A stretch of DNA of 64,000 nt from Pseudogymnoascus verrucosus (lineage: Eukaryota): NCBI GenBank assembly GCA_001662655.1, contig KV460228.1. One strand, written 5' to 3'. Numbering within the stretch: the stretch's first letter is position 1; each line of letters starts with the position of its first letter. A program made the translations under genes and the position numbers. This document shows positions 1-13,626 of this stretch, in pieces. The notes beneath the pieces were generated by a model that made no database searches, was not told where the DNA came from, and saw nothing but the letters and a program-made list of their open reading frames with translations.

Positions 1-2155
1 CGAGTTTGGGCCTGGAAAACAGGAGCTGGGATGGTGGCAGCAGTCGGGGCCTGGAAAACAGGGGTTGGAACGTTGGCAGCAATTGGGGCCTGGAAGACCC
101 GGGTTGGGTTGAAGACAAAGGGTTTGGCGTGGAAAGCAGCAGCTTCTTTGTGGGCCGCATAGTGCTGAGCAAGGACCAAAGGAGACATCTTATAAACTTC
201 GACTCCATTCCACATGGGGTGCTCCCAGAATCCAGGAGTTTTACAGGCATCTTCGTATGCCATGTCAAATGTGTCGCAGATGATATCCTTCGGAGCTGGA
301 GCTGGGTCCTCATTGCGGGGAATTAAGTGAGAAACTCCATGGAATATTTTGTAGGATCCAGATAGTCCCGTTGTCTGCACTCTTGGGGAAGTCATGGCCT
401 CAGGGGCTACGTTAGGGAGGAGTTTCTGAAAGCCATTTTCGCCACGGAAAACGGTACTCGATGGAATGTTGGCCAGGAATGGGAGCATGTCGACCAGTTC
501 TTTCTTGATTGGATGTTGCATCATAACCGCCTTTACTATAATCATGCCCGCCTCTTCGGCGGAAAGTCTCCCCACCGCCTCGCGGAGATTGTTTGCCGCT
601 CTGCTAGCACTGGGTCCAGGGGAACTGGGTCCATCCATGGGTGGCCCAGCTGCATAGTGGCTGGTTGGGATGGCAGCATCAGGGGCCAAGGTGGCATTTC
701 CAAGGCGGCTTGGTGGGTTGGGAGGAGTGAAGCCAATCTCAGGGGCTGGGATGGTGGCCTGGGTATTAGCAAGAATGTTCTGCACCGACTCTGTCAGGCG
801 GAGATTTGATATGGCGCTCCTAATTGGGTAGGTGATTGTGCCAGTACCATCTTCCTCTTTCTTGATATCTTTCTCCTGCTTGATATTTTTCTCTTGCTTG
901 ACATCCTTTTCTTGTTTGATATCTTCTTGCTTGATGTCGTCGACCACTTTGTCAACATCATCTTTGTTGCCAGACTCTGTCAAGTGAAGGTTAGAAACAG
1001 CCTCCGGGATCCCATAAATAGAGGTCTCAGCACCTTCATCCTCCTCCTTGATCTTGATTTCATTCTCATCCTCGTCTGACTCTTCAAATACTATAACATA
1101 AAAGTCAGCTCCAGCTATCTTAAAACCGCTCCCCAGATCACCCTTACCCATGCCCTCTGCCTCCATCTCTGCCGTTGCCTTCTCAATAGCTGCGTCAAGA
1201 GCTTCCAAGAACGCAGTACCATCATCGATCTCAGCATCATCGATCTGAGCATTCTCCTTAATCTCAGTAGCCTCCTCAGCCTCAGCACCCCCGTCAGCAT
1301 GATTGATCTCGGCATGATTGATCTCACCATCATCGATCTCAGTGTCATCAATTTTAGCATCATCGATCCCAGCATCATCTTCAAGCCCGGTGGCCTCCTC
1401 AACCTCAGTATCCCCCTCAGCATCGTCCTCGGGATCAAATCCATCAAGATCAAGGCTATAAACCGCCTCTCCAAGCTCGCTCTCAGAGTCATAGTTAGTT
1501 CCATCTTCCATCTTCTCAAGATAGCAGCGGATCTCTGGGTTAATCACGGCGCGGATACCGAGATCAAGGTAATCCTCAAAGATGCCCTTGTGCCCAATCA
1601 TCGGATAGCAAAGCTAGGTTCACATTAGTTAGTCTTCCATCATCTCCCACTTCATCGCAAGATCAGATCGAAAGCAAAACTCACTCTAGTATTCAACTCC
1701 GGATAGTCCATCTTCCTATCCTCCCACATCTCCTCGACTCCCTTCCCATCCTCTCTCTTTACCAAGTCAGCCAAACATCCCCCCGATCTAAGCCCAATAA
1801 AAGAACAAGAAGAAAAACTCACATCAAGCAATGCAATAACAACCCCCTCCACGTCTCCCTCCCAACACCAGGCCATCTTGACCCAGAACTCCATCACAAT
1901 ATTGATCCACAGCCGATCCATCTCCCTACGTGGCAAGGGCTCGATGTCTCCCTGCGCAAAGGCGGCCCAGCGCATATTCTCAACGGTGTATGCGAAATCA
2001 ACGTAGCCCTCGGCGGTGAAGGTCTCAAAAGAGGTGTGCGCGTAGTTGCGGCTGACATGTTTCAGGAGGGCAGACTCGGAGTGAACGATGTCTTCGAATG
2101 GGGGGAAGGAGGGGGAGGGGGGAGGAGGTAGGAGGTTGGGTGATGGCGAAGCCAT
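1..2155 (-). CDS. Hypothetical multi-exon protein, 3' end outside window; acidic low-complexity middle and Pro-rich repeats
   Basis: ATG at 2155 (MASPSPNLL). GT..AG introns with branch sites at about 1822-1758, 1684-1615 and 1147-1091. The spliced frame reads LCYPMIGHKGIFEDYLDLG, DDAEIDD repeats and KQEKDIK repeats, and stays open to base 1. Confidence 0.7.
5..100 (-). repeat. 39-bp coding tandem repeat (VFQAPxAAxxPxP)
   Basis: GGGCCTGGAA recurs at about 7, 47 and 86. Confidence 0.75.
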
Positions 2156-5100
2156 GTTTGTCTTCTTGCAAGTTCTTTTGAAGATTTGTTTGAAGAATTG
2201 CTAGAAGTTAGAATTGGAATTGGATTTAGATTTTCATGCTTTCTTGCAAGAGACTTCGATGATTGGAGTGGTTTTGATAAATGCGAAGAGCAAAGATGAA
2301 GTTCGACGCGTGGTGGATGAAGAAGGTGGATTGGGCAAGTGTGTAGGAGTGAAGATGAAGTGTAAGATCGGAAGGACAATAACAAGTCTTTAATATTACA
2401 AAGGTCCGCCTATTTTTATGAGCGCGTACATACTTCTAAGAAGAGGGGGGGTGGTGGTTGCCAAGGCGTCCACCCCTTTCGGTGTGCCAGCTGACCCGCT
2501 CCTCGCTCTGCCGCCCCTTGCCGCCCACGCCGCTTTCTTCTTTCGCTCTTTCAGAGCTCGTCTAGAGCTGGCAGAAAGGAGATAAAAGCAGTTCGAGTTC
2601 ACCGGCTGATCATATAAACATGGAATACCATTTTATGAGGCATTATCATATGCCCCGCCGCAGAATATGCTAACCCGATATTATACCCCGCCGCGGCATA
2701 GATTCAAAACACGGTATTTGAAACTTCCTCAAGCTCTTCCTGATGTGAATTCACTTATAGACACATGATCGGAACTACTGACTGTATAGTCAGATACACG
2801 CTTTATACTCACAGACGCTGCTCCCAGCGCCTTGTTACCAGCACATTGAAACTCCATTCTCTTCCCGCGCGCATCCCTCCTTTCTGCCCCTGATAATATA
2901 AAGCAACAATAGAACTTTTATAGCAATGCTGGGCGAGTGGGAATTGATTCTCGCTCCCCAAATCTCTCCCGCTGGCCGATATAATACCTGGGCCGACAGT
3001 TCCTCTCTCGCCCTTTTCCATATCTAGCTCAGGGCAGTTACTGTATATCGTAGACTTCGAACCATACCAAATACAGCTAACACTCCTACCATAGGCGTAT
3101 TATACATCTTATGTGTGTCTCTCCCTGCCAACACGAGAACATAATTTGATGCGCTGAAAATATCATACCAAACACCCTATTCGCCTCCCCATCAACCGCT
3201 CGACCTCCCACGACAATTTGCACCGCAGGTGGCAAAGAAAGGCGGGATATACCAGATAATCTCAAAAGCGCTTGCTAATAATGGAATTGTACAGAGGTGT
3301 TGCTGGGAGTTGGGAGGTGGACAGGGCATGGGCCGTTGCTGTGGGCGCTGGGTCGAACGGGTTTGGGGTAAGCCATGTGAGAGACCGGGGGCCAGGCGCA
3401 TATACACACCATGTGTATTTATTGAGTGTTTGAAAAGACATATTGGCTTTGAAGAATGCCGGGAGAGGGAGTGAAATGGTGATCGGGAGGAGCTAAAGGG
3501 TGGGGTGAGAGTGGCGGATGAAAGTTGGTCAATGGATATGATGGCTCCAACTTGGAAACTTAAGGAGATTGGGGAAGGTCCTGCAGGGCTGAGTTTATTT
3601 GATGATAGAAGAGATATATATGGGAGGGTTATATGACAGTCCGAAGATATAGAGTCGTGCCTTATACTTATACCACATGGTTGTAGCTGTCCCTGGAATT
3701 CTCTAGACTTTAAAAACACAATAATATATATATATATCCTAACATTTATATAAAATTCTTCGGCTGCTCTTTTCATAAAGCGTCACGAGGAAAGCAATAA
3801 TGGTCATATAATCCCGGCGGCAGCTGTAACAACATGCTAAGATTTTTAATTATAATATAAAGACCGCAATATATATATTCATATTTTAAAAAACCAATAA
3901 CCCAAACCTCCAACCTACCCAATCGAAACGCCATATACTAATGAAATCAAAAGCTTACCTACAAATACCCATCACCTACCTACCTTACCATCATCCACAT
4001 TAAACTTCCACTCCCCAGTCCTCGCTGTCCATACCTCTACTACGCTTCCATATCCCAAGCGCCGCGCCGCCACACTCATCATCCAGCAATAACAATCCAT
4101 AACCCCCCTCCCCCCATTCCCCAAGCGCCCTCACTAACCACGCTCGCAGAGAGACACACCTCCATGCCACCCCAACAAACCCGCACACCACCTCACCGCC
4201 CCCTCCAGCGCCAAACCCAACCAACATAACATCCCATCTGCCGCCTGTCCCACCACACCTCACTCCCCCTCCCCCGGCCCCGCAGCGGCTAAATCGGTGC
4301 CGACTGCCTATATACCCGCCCGCTGCCATACCCGGCTCTTAGCACTCTACATATATTGTACAAAACCAGGACAGGGAGTACGGAAGCACCGATGCTGGGA
4401 CCCTCCTGGATGCATGCTGGATCCTCTTGGATGCATCATGTCGGGGGAAAAAGGGGTGGGAGGTCACGAGATCATCTGATGTTGTTTGTCGAGACGCAAG
4501 ACCGGGGTTGGCCCATTGTTGTGGAGATGGGATGGAGAGGGAGAGCTGGGATGTTGTGCTGCAGCTGTCATTTGAGATATCGAGATATCTGTCCCTCTGG
4601 TGCGCGGAGGTTGTCCTCATGGGGGAGGGAGGAGTATTGCGCTGATGTTGCCTTGAGAGCTGCAGGGCAGCTGGCAGCGCTGTATGCACCTGCTCCGCCT
4701 CATCTCCGGGTATCTCCTCTCAAAGAGGCCGGCTTCTCCCTGAATCTCAAATTAGCGACGTCAAGAATCCCTCCTACAACGCCTTTGGCAGATGAGATGC
4801 ATCAAATCACCCCCCAAGCTCCCTGATTCCGCAAACAACCAGCGCACAGACCTACCGGGCCCCTCTTAGGTATAAGACTCCCTCGCTATAGCCGCAAAGA
4901 GGCAGCGTGGGGTCGCGCATGCGGCTAGTGCAGGGTGTCGGAAATCGTATTCCTCATTAGTAGACCCTGGGGGTACGCTGCGTGCATCGGACATTAAAAT
5001 CTGCTGTGGGTGCTGGGGAGGACCTGGTGAGGATGGGATGTAATATGTAATATTGAGTAAATGAGATAGATCCCGGGTCTGCGATGGGAGGAGGCTGGAA

Positions 5101-8100
5101 TGGAGGCCTTTGGAGTGTATAATTTGGACGACGAGGAGTTTTGTGTCATGGCGTATCTCGTGTTGTATGGGGCGTCTGTCTTGTCCCTGGTTAGTGTCGG
5201 GCCCGGACCTGGGATTATTTTTTCCTTCGACGTAGATTGACATATCAGTACCATCATCAGTACCTTCATCGTACAGTACATCGCCTCATGCCAAACACTT
5301 GTAGCGCGAGAAGATAATCCACAACCACCTCCACACCACACCATCCTAACAAAACCGCCCATCCCCCATCTACCCCAAACCAAAAGTGCTACTCTCGACC
5401 CACGTGGCAAGACCGTTAGCACAACTCCGTAAAAAAGCGGAACACTCTATCCACACCCTCAAAAGTGGAGAAAAAAGACCAGATAGCAAAGTGGAGAACT
5501 TTATGTTGTCGAGGCGGCAGGGCAAGTTTGCCAAAAAACAAGGCTTAAGATTCTCTAGCTTACAGCGGAGCAAATGCTGTCTCGCCGCGATTTTTCTTCT
5601 GAGACGGGTTGGCTGCTGCTGCTAAAGATGCAGGTGGTCGGGTCAGTGCAGTGCAGACTCCAGGTAACTGTTGCAGAACACAACTGCCTCTTCTAAATGC
5701 CGTTTTCTCTCGGCGCCCGCAAGCTCCGAGATTAATCCCTGGAAGAAAGGGTCTGTAGGAGGGGATGGATGGGGTACTTGTGCTGTGCAGTTTTAGGGTC
5801 TCTTAACGGCTGTGCAGTACGTCAGTTCCAGTATTTAATATACCGCGGAAGGAAGGAACAAAGGAAGGAAGAATGCACGACCATAACGCCCTCGTCATAT
5901 AATTGCGGAACCCACTACCCATCAAACTCCCCCAAGACCAAACCTACTTGTCCCAAAAACGGCGCGGAGTCACGCCCTTCCTCTAGTCTTCAAACCCGCC
6001 AAATTAGAAGAAAAAGGAAGGTAAGGTGTGGACACCTAACCAGCCTCCCAAGCGGCGCACCTACCTCCCTCCTCCCCAGAACCGAAGCCTTCTGATGCGA
6101 GTGCCAATCCAAGCTACCGTTTGACCCTCCCCTCCCCACCCCCCGTCCCTCCCTCTTCATTCGATGGTTGTCTTCCCCCGGTGCGTCGCGATCGTCTGCA
6201 CGCCTGACACCCCTCCACTCCCTTTCCAGTACGGACTTCATCAGCCGCGCCAGGGCGTGGAGGATACGATACGATACAACCCCACACGGCACGCTCCGAG
6301 GAGAAGATCGAACATGGCTGCTGTGGTTAGGAAGCCTTTCAGGCCTCGTAAGGAGGGGCCAGAGCGCAACAGCGTTGAAAGCAGGGCAGGGTAGGGTGGG
6401 TGTTTCTCCAGCCGGGCTATGGCGGTGATCAACTAGGTTGGGTTGGGTCGGCAATGGGGGGAACGTGAGTGCCATGTGGCAGACAGGGGAGGGAGGGGTG
6501 GGGATGGATGGATGGTATGGGATGGAGTTGTGTCACTGGATGGGGGGGGTATGCGGGTGGGTTTTGGGTGGATGGTATAACGAAGGGAGGGGGGTATAGT
6601 GGTGCGATATCTTGTGGTTGTGGTGAGTGAGTGCTCTGTGTCGGTTTGAGGTGGTTTTGCATGAAAGCAAGCAGTGCGTGCAGACTCTTCCTTCCCCCTC
6701 TCTGACTCTCTCACTCTAGCTAGCCATCACTCATAAGCCCCTCCGTCTTCCCGCCTCACTAAGCATCAAGAAACAAGAAACGATCAGCCATCTTCCCCTC
6801 CCCCTCCTTCTTCCCATCCCCCATCCTCCCAAACTTGCAGAACATCTAAGCATACTATACCACACCAGCACTAGCCCCAGCCCGACGCAGCGGCGTGCAT
6901 CCTGAGTGGATCCCGAGCGGGATATTCTGCATGACCGCTGTCCACTCTTGGCGGACCTGCTTCCTCCCTGATGGGTTGAGGTGAGACGGGGAGGGAGTGT
7001 GCGTATGTATGGCTTCGACGCCCGACGGCCTCACAGTAGAGGTCAGTACACTCGACAGACGCAATGCGAGGAAGTCAAAGCAACAACCTCCCCATCCCGG
7101 CGGTTTCGCACCCGCCCACGCCCGCCCCGCCTCGAATTAATGGCGCGGACGGATGTCAACTTGCCATCGAAGCCGAAGAAGAAAGCCACAGCGTAGTAGG
7201 AATGAGGTCAGAGTATCCACCCTTTGATGGGTGAGAGAAGAAGTCTATACTACTTCTTTGGCCGTCAACTGAAACCTCACCACCCAGCGTCTCCATAGCT
7301 TCCCCGTTCGGGGTTCATAGGGAATATGCCGTGCTGGTGACAAGCATATATCCCTCTATCCTACTCTAACGAACGCCTCTTTTCTCAACGGCCGTTCGAG
7401 ATCCACGGATGGAATATCCCACACCTGCAAGAACCATAAAATCGACCCATTCTACTATAACTAGGCCAGCTTACGCCTCTCTCCTCCAACGCCCGAGACA
7501 CCGCGAGCGAAACAGGAACTCGGCGTGTCGATACATGCCATCCATATGGACCTCGATGCACACAAATCGGGATATTCCTTCAAATGGAGTTGCAGTGGAG
7601 CGGGCTGGTAGCGCGTCCCCAGCGCGCGCCGCCGGTGCGAGATACGACTGCCCGCGCCCGCCGCCCGCCATTCCCCGCACAGACATCAAGCTTACATCCC
7701 TATCCCGCCGGAGCTTGCCATGCGAGGCATCCGGAGCGCTGTGGGAAATGGAACGGCGTCGTCGGGGTTTGCTGGTTGATAGCGTCAGTGGGTGAGGCTG
7801 TCGTGTCATGTCATTTCGCTCTAGTTTGAGATTTGTACCGTACGAGTACGTTTACGAGTGTGGATTTCGAAGCTCCTGTGCCGCGCTCGCGCGATGTCGC
7901 GGGGTTTTGATCTACACTCGGATGTCGGAGGTCGGAGGACTGCCAGTGCCAGTTTTGTGCTATTCTATGCTGTGCTGTGCTGTCCTGAAATAACCGCAGG
8001 TGCCAAGCACAAAAGACAGAACGGTGTGAGATATCCCGCAGCAGGAGGGTACATGTCATAACGACAGTACTCTCGTTGAACACATTTCGCCGTCACCTGA

Positions 8101-11100
8101 GAGCTCCGACGCAAGGGGGGGAGCTATAGCTGTCCCCCCTTGCGTCGGCATACACACGTCACCATCTCGGCATCGATGAGTGGTGCTCCCCTTCCTGCCA
8201 GCGTGGTGGAGATGTGATAGACTGGAATCATGCGACGAGACTGGTTTTCTTTCTTTCTTCGCAAGCTGGGCGAAGGATGGGTGATAGGATAGATGGAGAG
8301 AGAGAGGGAGAGAGGTTTAGGAAGTCGTAAGCGGCAGCTCGCTCGCTCGTTATAGACTCTGTTGTACTGTATGCTGTATGTACTGTACACAAAATCGATG
8401 GGAGAGACGGACCCTGGCAGGAGCTAATGCCGCGAGTGCAGGAGTCGGTAATGAAAGCTTGACGCCCTCTCTCGGGGATAAATGCGCGGCGGTATGGTGA
8501 TGTCTATCTTGCATTTGGGGTCCGTTGTTGCCGTCCGTGTATTGCGGTGCATGTACATACGATATAGTACAGTACGTCCAGCACTATCGATCGCTTGCTT
8601 GCCTGCCTGGCGACCGACTGACCATGCCTATAGTACCCATCCCCATTCCCTTGAGATTGTAAGAGTGACCAGGTTCGCATTTATCCCCGAGAACGTCCGT
8701 GCTTCTCGTGCGTCACAACGTGGTGGGCGAGGTTAGCACAAACCAGCTTGTCTGCGGAGATATAGCTAAATCCTTGAGCAGCATCCCGCCATTGCAGGAG
8801 GTAGTAAGGTAGGGTAGGGTAGATAGAATAGCGGCGACTTATTCGAAAACCTCCAACCGAGATAACACAACGAAACTTCCTCCTCCTTCCTCTCTCGAGT
8901 CTGTTTAAAAGGGCGGGCATGCATTAAACAGCCTGAATCCCCCACCCCCCCCCAAAAAGTACGCGTGGGAATCCACACTGTGAAATCCCATCCAGTCCGT
9001 GCAGCCCAGCAGCATGCAGACACGCGCCGATCCAGTGGCGATTGCCCTTTTCTTGGCCTGGTAGCTCCTCCCCCCCCACCGCCAAAACGCCAACGCTGAA
9101 ACAGCGCTGGAGGGAAAACGCGCACTGATGGAGGGAAACAAGGCGATTGACTGTTGGCGGTGTATGGTGTTCTAGCGGCGCAGGCGCAAGAGGCACACTA
9201 GATAGAGTAGCTCTCGCTCTACTGCATACGACGACTCTGGGCTCCACACGGGTGTGTGGCCCACGTGCATGGCAGGAATATAGTATGTGTCTGGCTGCTC
9301 ATTGCTGCTTTGTTTGGAGGGTGAGCTTGGTGGTGCCTCGCATAGAACGGCATTGTTTTACATCTCAGTTCAGGTCCCTTTGCGCGTCAGCCCTCGCTCT
9401 CATCCTCGCCCGGTCTCACGCATTGGAATTGCTGGGGGACGACGCACAGATGACAGCGACGGACGCACAAACGGTAGGCGTGCTGAGGTGGCCAGACAGG
9501 CGGCCACCCACCCTAGTCCAATGCAAGGTCCACATGGCGATTTTTGTAGGGTGCAGGATGGCAATATGTCATCAGTCAGGGCGCGTCAGGGATCCGCGGT
9601 CGGTTCAACGACGACGCCCTGGATATCCCGGCCAACGATTGCGGATCATAATAGGGCGGAAAGAGCTGAAGGGGACGGATGGAAGTGGCAGGCAGGCAGG
9701 CAGGCAGGGTGATAGAGTACGAGTAGTGCAGATAGAGATAGATGTAGTCAGTCCAACAGCCACCAACAAAAGTTGATGTATGTATTGTAAGTTTACTGTA
9801 CTGCACTGTACTGTATGTACAGTGCGGCACTGCACGACGCGGCATTAGTGTTATTGTTGCAAACGGCCATCATCCATCCATCGCAGCTTGTTTGCCGGTC
9901 CCCGGAAGTAGATAAAATCTTCCAAGCACCAAAAAGCTGTTCCATGTCCCCATCCCATCACAAAAAAAAAGCCGTCCAAGCACATTGCCGCCCTCGGATA
10001 TACGCAGGCCAATCGCGAACAGCGCTCGTTCGTCTTCGTAATCTTTGGCAAAGGAGATTAGCGTCGCACTGGGGCCATGTTGGTCACACACCATGGCTGC
10101 AGACGCCACAGATCTGAGCATGTACTGTGTGTTTCTGTATGGCTGTATGGATTACCCACGCTGTGGTCGGCGGCCAGGTCAGAGAGCGCGGTGGAGTGTG
10201 CTGTTTGTGTTGTGTTATGTTGCGTTGTTATCACCTGATGGGATTGCAAAGGGGACAGTGGACAGTGGTCAGTGTTGCGAAAAGTAATGCCGAGAGGAGT
10301 GAAGCTGAAAAGGCGCATCATATCACCCACCTACCTACCTACCTGCCCATGTCCCCTGTCCCCTGAGAACAGATGAATGAGATGATGATATTGCTTGCGC
10401 TTGGGCATTTCGGAGGATATGCACGCCGTTTGCCGTCTGGGCTTGTCGTCCCTGTCGTTCAGGGTATAGAGTTCAGTGTGTATGGACAGAGGCAGGTACA
10501 TCATTTCCGCCCATGGGCTGATGTCTTGCCTGGTATCCATGCTCTTGTCAGTTTGTGTAGGAGGCGTACGTATAGAGACGAGTAAGAGTAACTATCGTGT
10601 GTGCGGTTAGTGTCGACGGCAGATTCCTTGCAATAAGAGAGGATTACAGCTTGTTGGTTTTCCATGTGAGAGAGGGAATAAGAGGGAAAAAAGAGCGCTC
10701 TCGGCGACTCTGCGCGCGTAGGTGGCGGCGACGATGACATACTCTTCTAACTGTGCACCTCGCCGTCATCGGTTACCGCCCCACCACCGGCCAGCTTCAG
10801 CCCATTTTTTCCTGACGCAACAGTGCGAAGACATCATCGCCACAGAATAGAGCAACTTCGTTAGTAGTTAGTAGTTAGTAGTATGTATGGACGGGGAAGT
10901 TAATGAAGCTAATGTCGATCCCAACGTCCTCTAGAGCGTCTCGACCCCGTGGCCGCAAGAAGAGATGCTCCGCTTTGCGTGGTCAAACGCCACAGATACC
11001 CACAGATACCCACAGATGCCCACAGATGCCCACTTTCACACGCGCGTTGCTGGTGTGGAGGAGGAGAAGGAAGGAAGAGTAGTGTAGAGGAGGTGTAGCG

Positions 11101-13084
11101 TACAGTAGTGTCATTGTTAGTGTGGAGGTGCAAAGATGCAAGATGCAAAATGCAAAATGCACAGTACGTGTGGTCTGTTATGTACCCCCACAGCATATTT
11201 TGTACTAAACTGTGCTTTTGTATGCATAGCCCACATGCATACTAACATACCAACATACTAACATTCTAACATTCTAACATACTAACGTACTAACAAACTG
11301 TAACATTTCTAAAATCCCCTCATCCTTCTCATCCCGTCGTCCTTTCCCCATCCACCATCCACAGTCATATATCCACAGTCCACACTCCTCCATACACCTC
11401 CACTCACCTCCACTCACCTCCACACAAACCTCCACTTACCCCCTTCCATATCCACGAGTTACAACCCTGCTCATGCCACTACCTCCACTACTGCCACTAC
11501 TGCCACTACTCCACTGCCACTCAAAACTCAACAGGCCCTGCATGGACTCCATCTAATCGCCCGTCGCCCTGCACCTGAACCTGCACCCATACTATGTACT
11601 GTACATACAAAAATACTAATCCCATCTAATCCTATAGCAATTGTATTGTACATAATCCACCGTTTACATCGCCCAATAACAGTTCTCTGCTCTTTTCCAA
11701 TTACCCCCCCTAACCCCCCCCCTACACCCCCGTCCATACCCTTGTTTTACGACAGGGTGAGCTCCAAATGTACTCTCTACAGTAGTGATATTTGCGATAC
11801 TTGCCCCGGCCGCTCACTCATCATTACTTCACCACCAATTCTTCCCCCCCATCCCCCCCACCCCGTCATACCCCCCCTTCTCCGCCCTCTCCTCCTCGCC
11901 GCACTGTTCTCGCCCCATCGCCTCAATAAAATACCCGTTGGTGCCTTAGCCATGCACTATTATCATCAGCTCAGATAGAGTAAAAGAGGGCTCCCCTTTC
12001 AAACAGACGACAGCCCAACCAACCAACCCTGTCCCGCCCACTGCTCATTTCAACCGTTGGCATATCTTTTTTGTCCACCGCTGCTGCTGGAGAAAAAAAA
12101 GCTCACGCGGCCCCTTGCCAATCCCGTAGTCGATCTTCCTGCTTCCTCTCCCCTCCATGGTCAAAGCCCTAACAGACCCTCTCTTCGATCTGTCCGGCCC
12201 GCGTTTCGGGCTACCCTTGATCTTGCTTCTACATAGTATAGAATGCCCTCTTCCCCCCACAATCGCCGGATGACCCGAGGCTTGTCGTTTTCTGCTGACG
12301 CACTTGCAACTGAGCCCTGCGACGTCAACCGCCGATTCAGCATAGTATAGCTCCCTTCCTGATGCAGCCTGGTAGCAACGTCACCATCACCGCGCACCTC
12401 ATCCACCAGACCTTGGACCTTCAATCATCAACACCACCTCCACCGCTGTCACCCACTGCCGGCACTACTGGCTCTCTTGGATCCGCATTCTTCTATTGCC
12501 TGCCCTGTGCATCCGTTGCTCAACCGTGGTATCAATATCCGCTTCCCCCATCCCGAGAAAGAAAACGCCCAATTTCATCTCTTGTGTTATCTCTCATCCC
12601 GGAACAAACGAAAAACCTACCCAGCTTCCGTTCGTTCCTTCCCGTTAGGGCGGGCCGCGAGCAGGCCAGGACGATCAGCAGCTTGCGCATCGTGCTCGAG
12701 GGAATCTGTTGGCTGTCTACCCGCCCATTTTGAAGGATCTCTAACACCCAGAAACTCTTTTGGTGGCTTAGCTTGGCAACCTGTCTCCTGCAGGAAGTAG
12801 GCGATATCACTGTTCTGCTCCCAACTCGGCATTGGCGACACTCGAGACTGCCTTCTGCAGCTATTTGGGCCCGAAGTAGTGTGAAGTGGTGTTACATTGC
12901 TGTTCGCTCTTGCCAAACCTACAGAATTGGTCTGGTTATCCCGTGGTTCGACGTCTTCGGCTCCAGAGCTCCTCGACCTACTTGACCATTATCAAGGTCC
13001 CCAACACCAACACCGAACCAGGTTATCCCGAGGAGCCAAACTTCAATCAACGTTCTCGCCACAATAGTCCGCGTGGCTTCAAAG

Positions 13085-13177
13085 GTAAGGGATTATTTAA
13101 CTCGCAGCATCTGGCATCTCACGTGCGAGAGCCTCAACGCTGGCTGCCGAGTTAAAGTGTACTGACATTGACGTTAG
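13085..13177 (+). other. Probable 5'-UTR intron of the vosA-like gene
   Basis: AAAG|GTAAGG donor, ACTGAC branch site at 13161, TAG acceptor at 13175-13177; no credible coding frame around it. Confidence 0.6.
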
Positions 13178-13626
13178 ATAGCGCCATATTCTTTCTGTCG
13201 CGCCACCCATTCGCCGGGAAGTGCCAGAATCGGTCGCCTGTCTACGTAGTCAAAGAGTCAACAAGCAACGCTCTTTGGCTGGATCGACCAAACGGACGGT
13301 GGCGGGATCTACTACCACCCCACTTGTATCTATCCCACCTTGGGGGGCGAACCGGCTGGCCATGTTAGGTAGCTTTGAGAACCACCTTGAAGATCAATAA
13401 GTTCGCGCCTTCATATGTACATGATCCTCCCATGTATCTAATCGCCTAGTAACGCCTCTACCTACCTACCAAAAACTGCACATCCACGGTTCCAGGCAAG
13501 GAACAACTTGGCAGGGACCTCAACCTTATTCTTTGGACTCGCGGATCTACGCTCGTCTCACCATCTGCCATCTAGGCCGGTCAGCCTCAAGGGAACACTA
13601 ACTCCCTGGGCCTGCCATCCACCTTT

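Noticed and set aside
1115..1628. Met/Leu/Arg- and Ile-rich ORFs 1115-1519 (-) and 1299-1628 (+)
   Set aside because: They are shadow frames of the acidic DDAEID repeat exon of the 1-2155 gene.
2396..13400. Dozens of 60-210 aa ORFs in the six-frame track
   Set aside because: They overlap on both strands, have R/P/S/G-rich composition typical of non-coding GC-rich DNA, and show no recognisable domains or coherent splice models.
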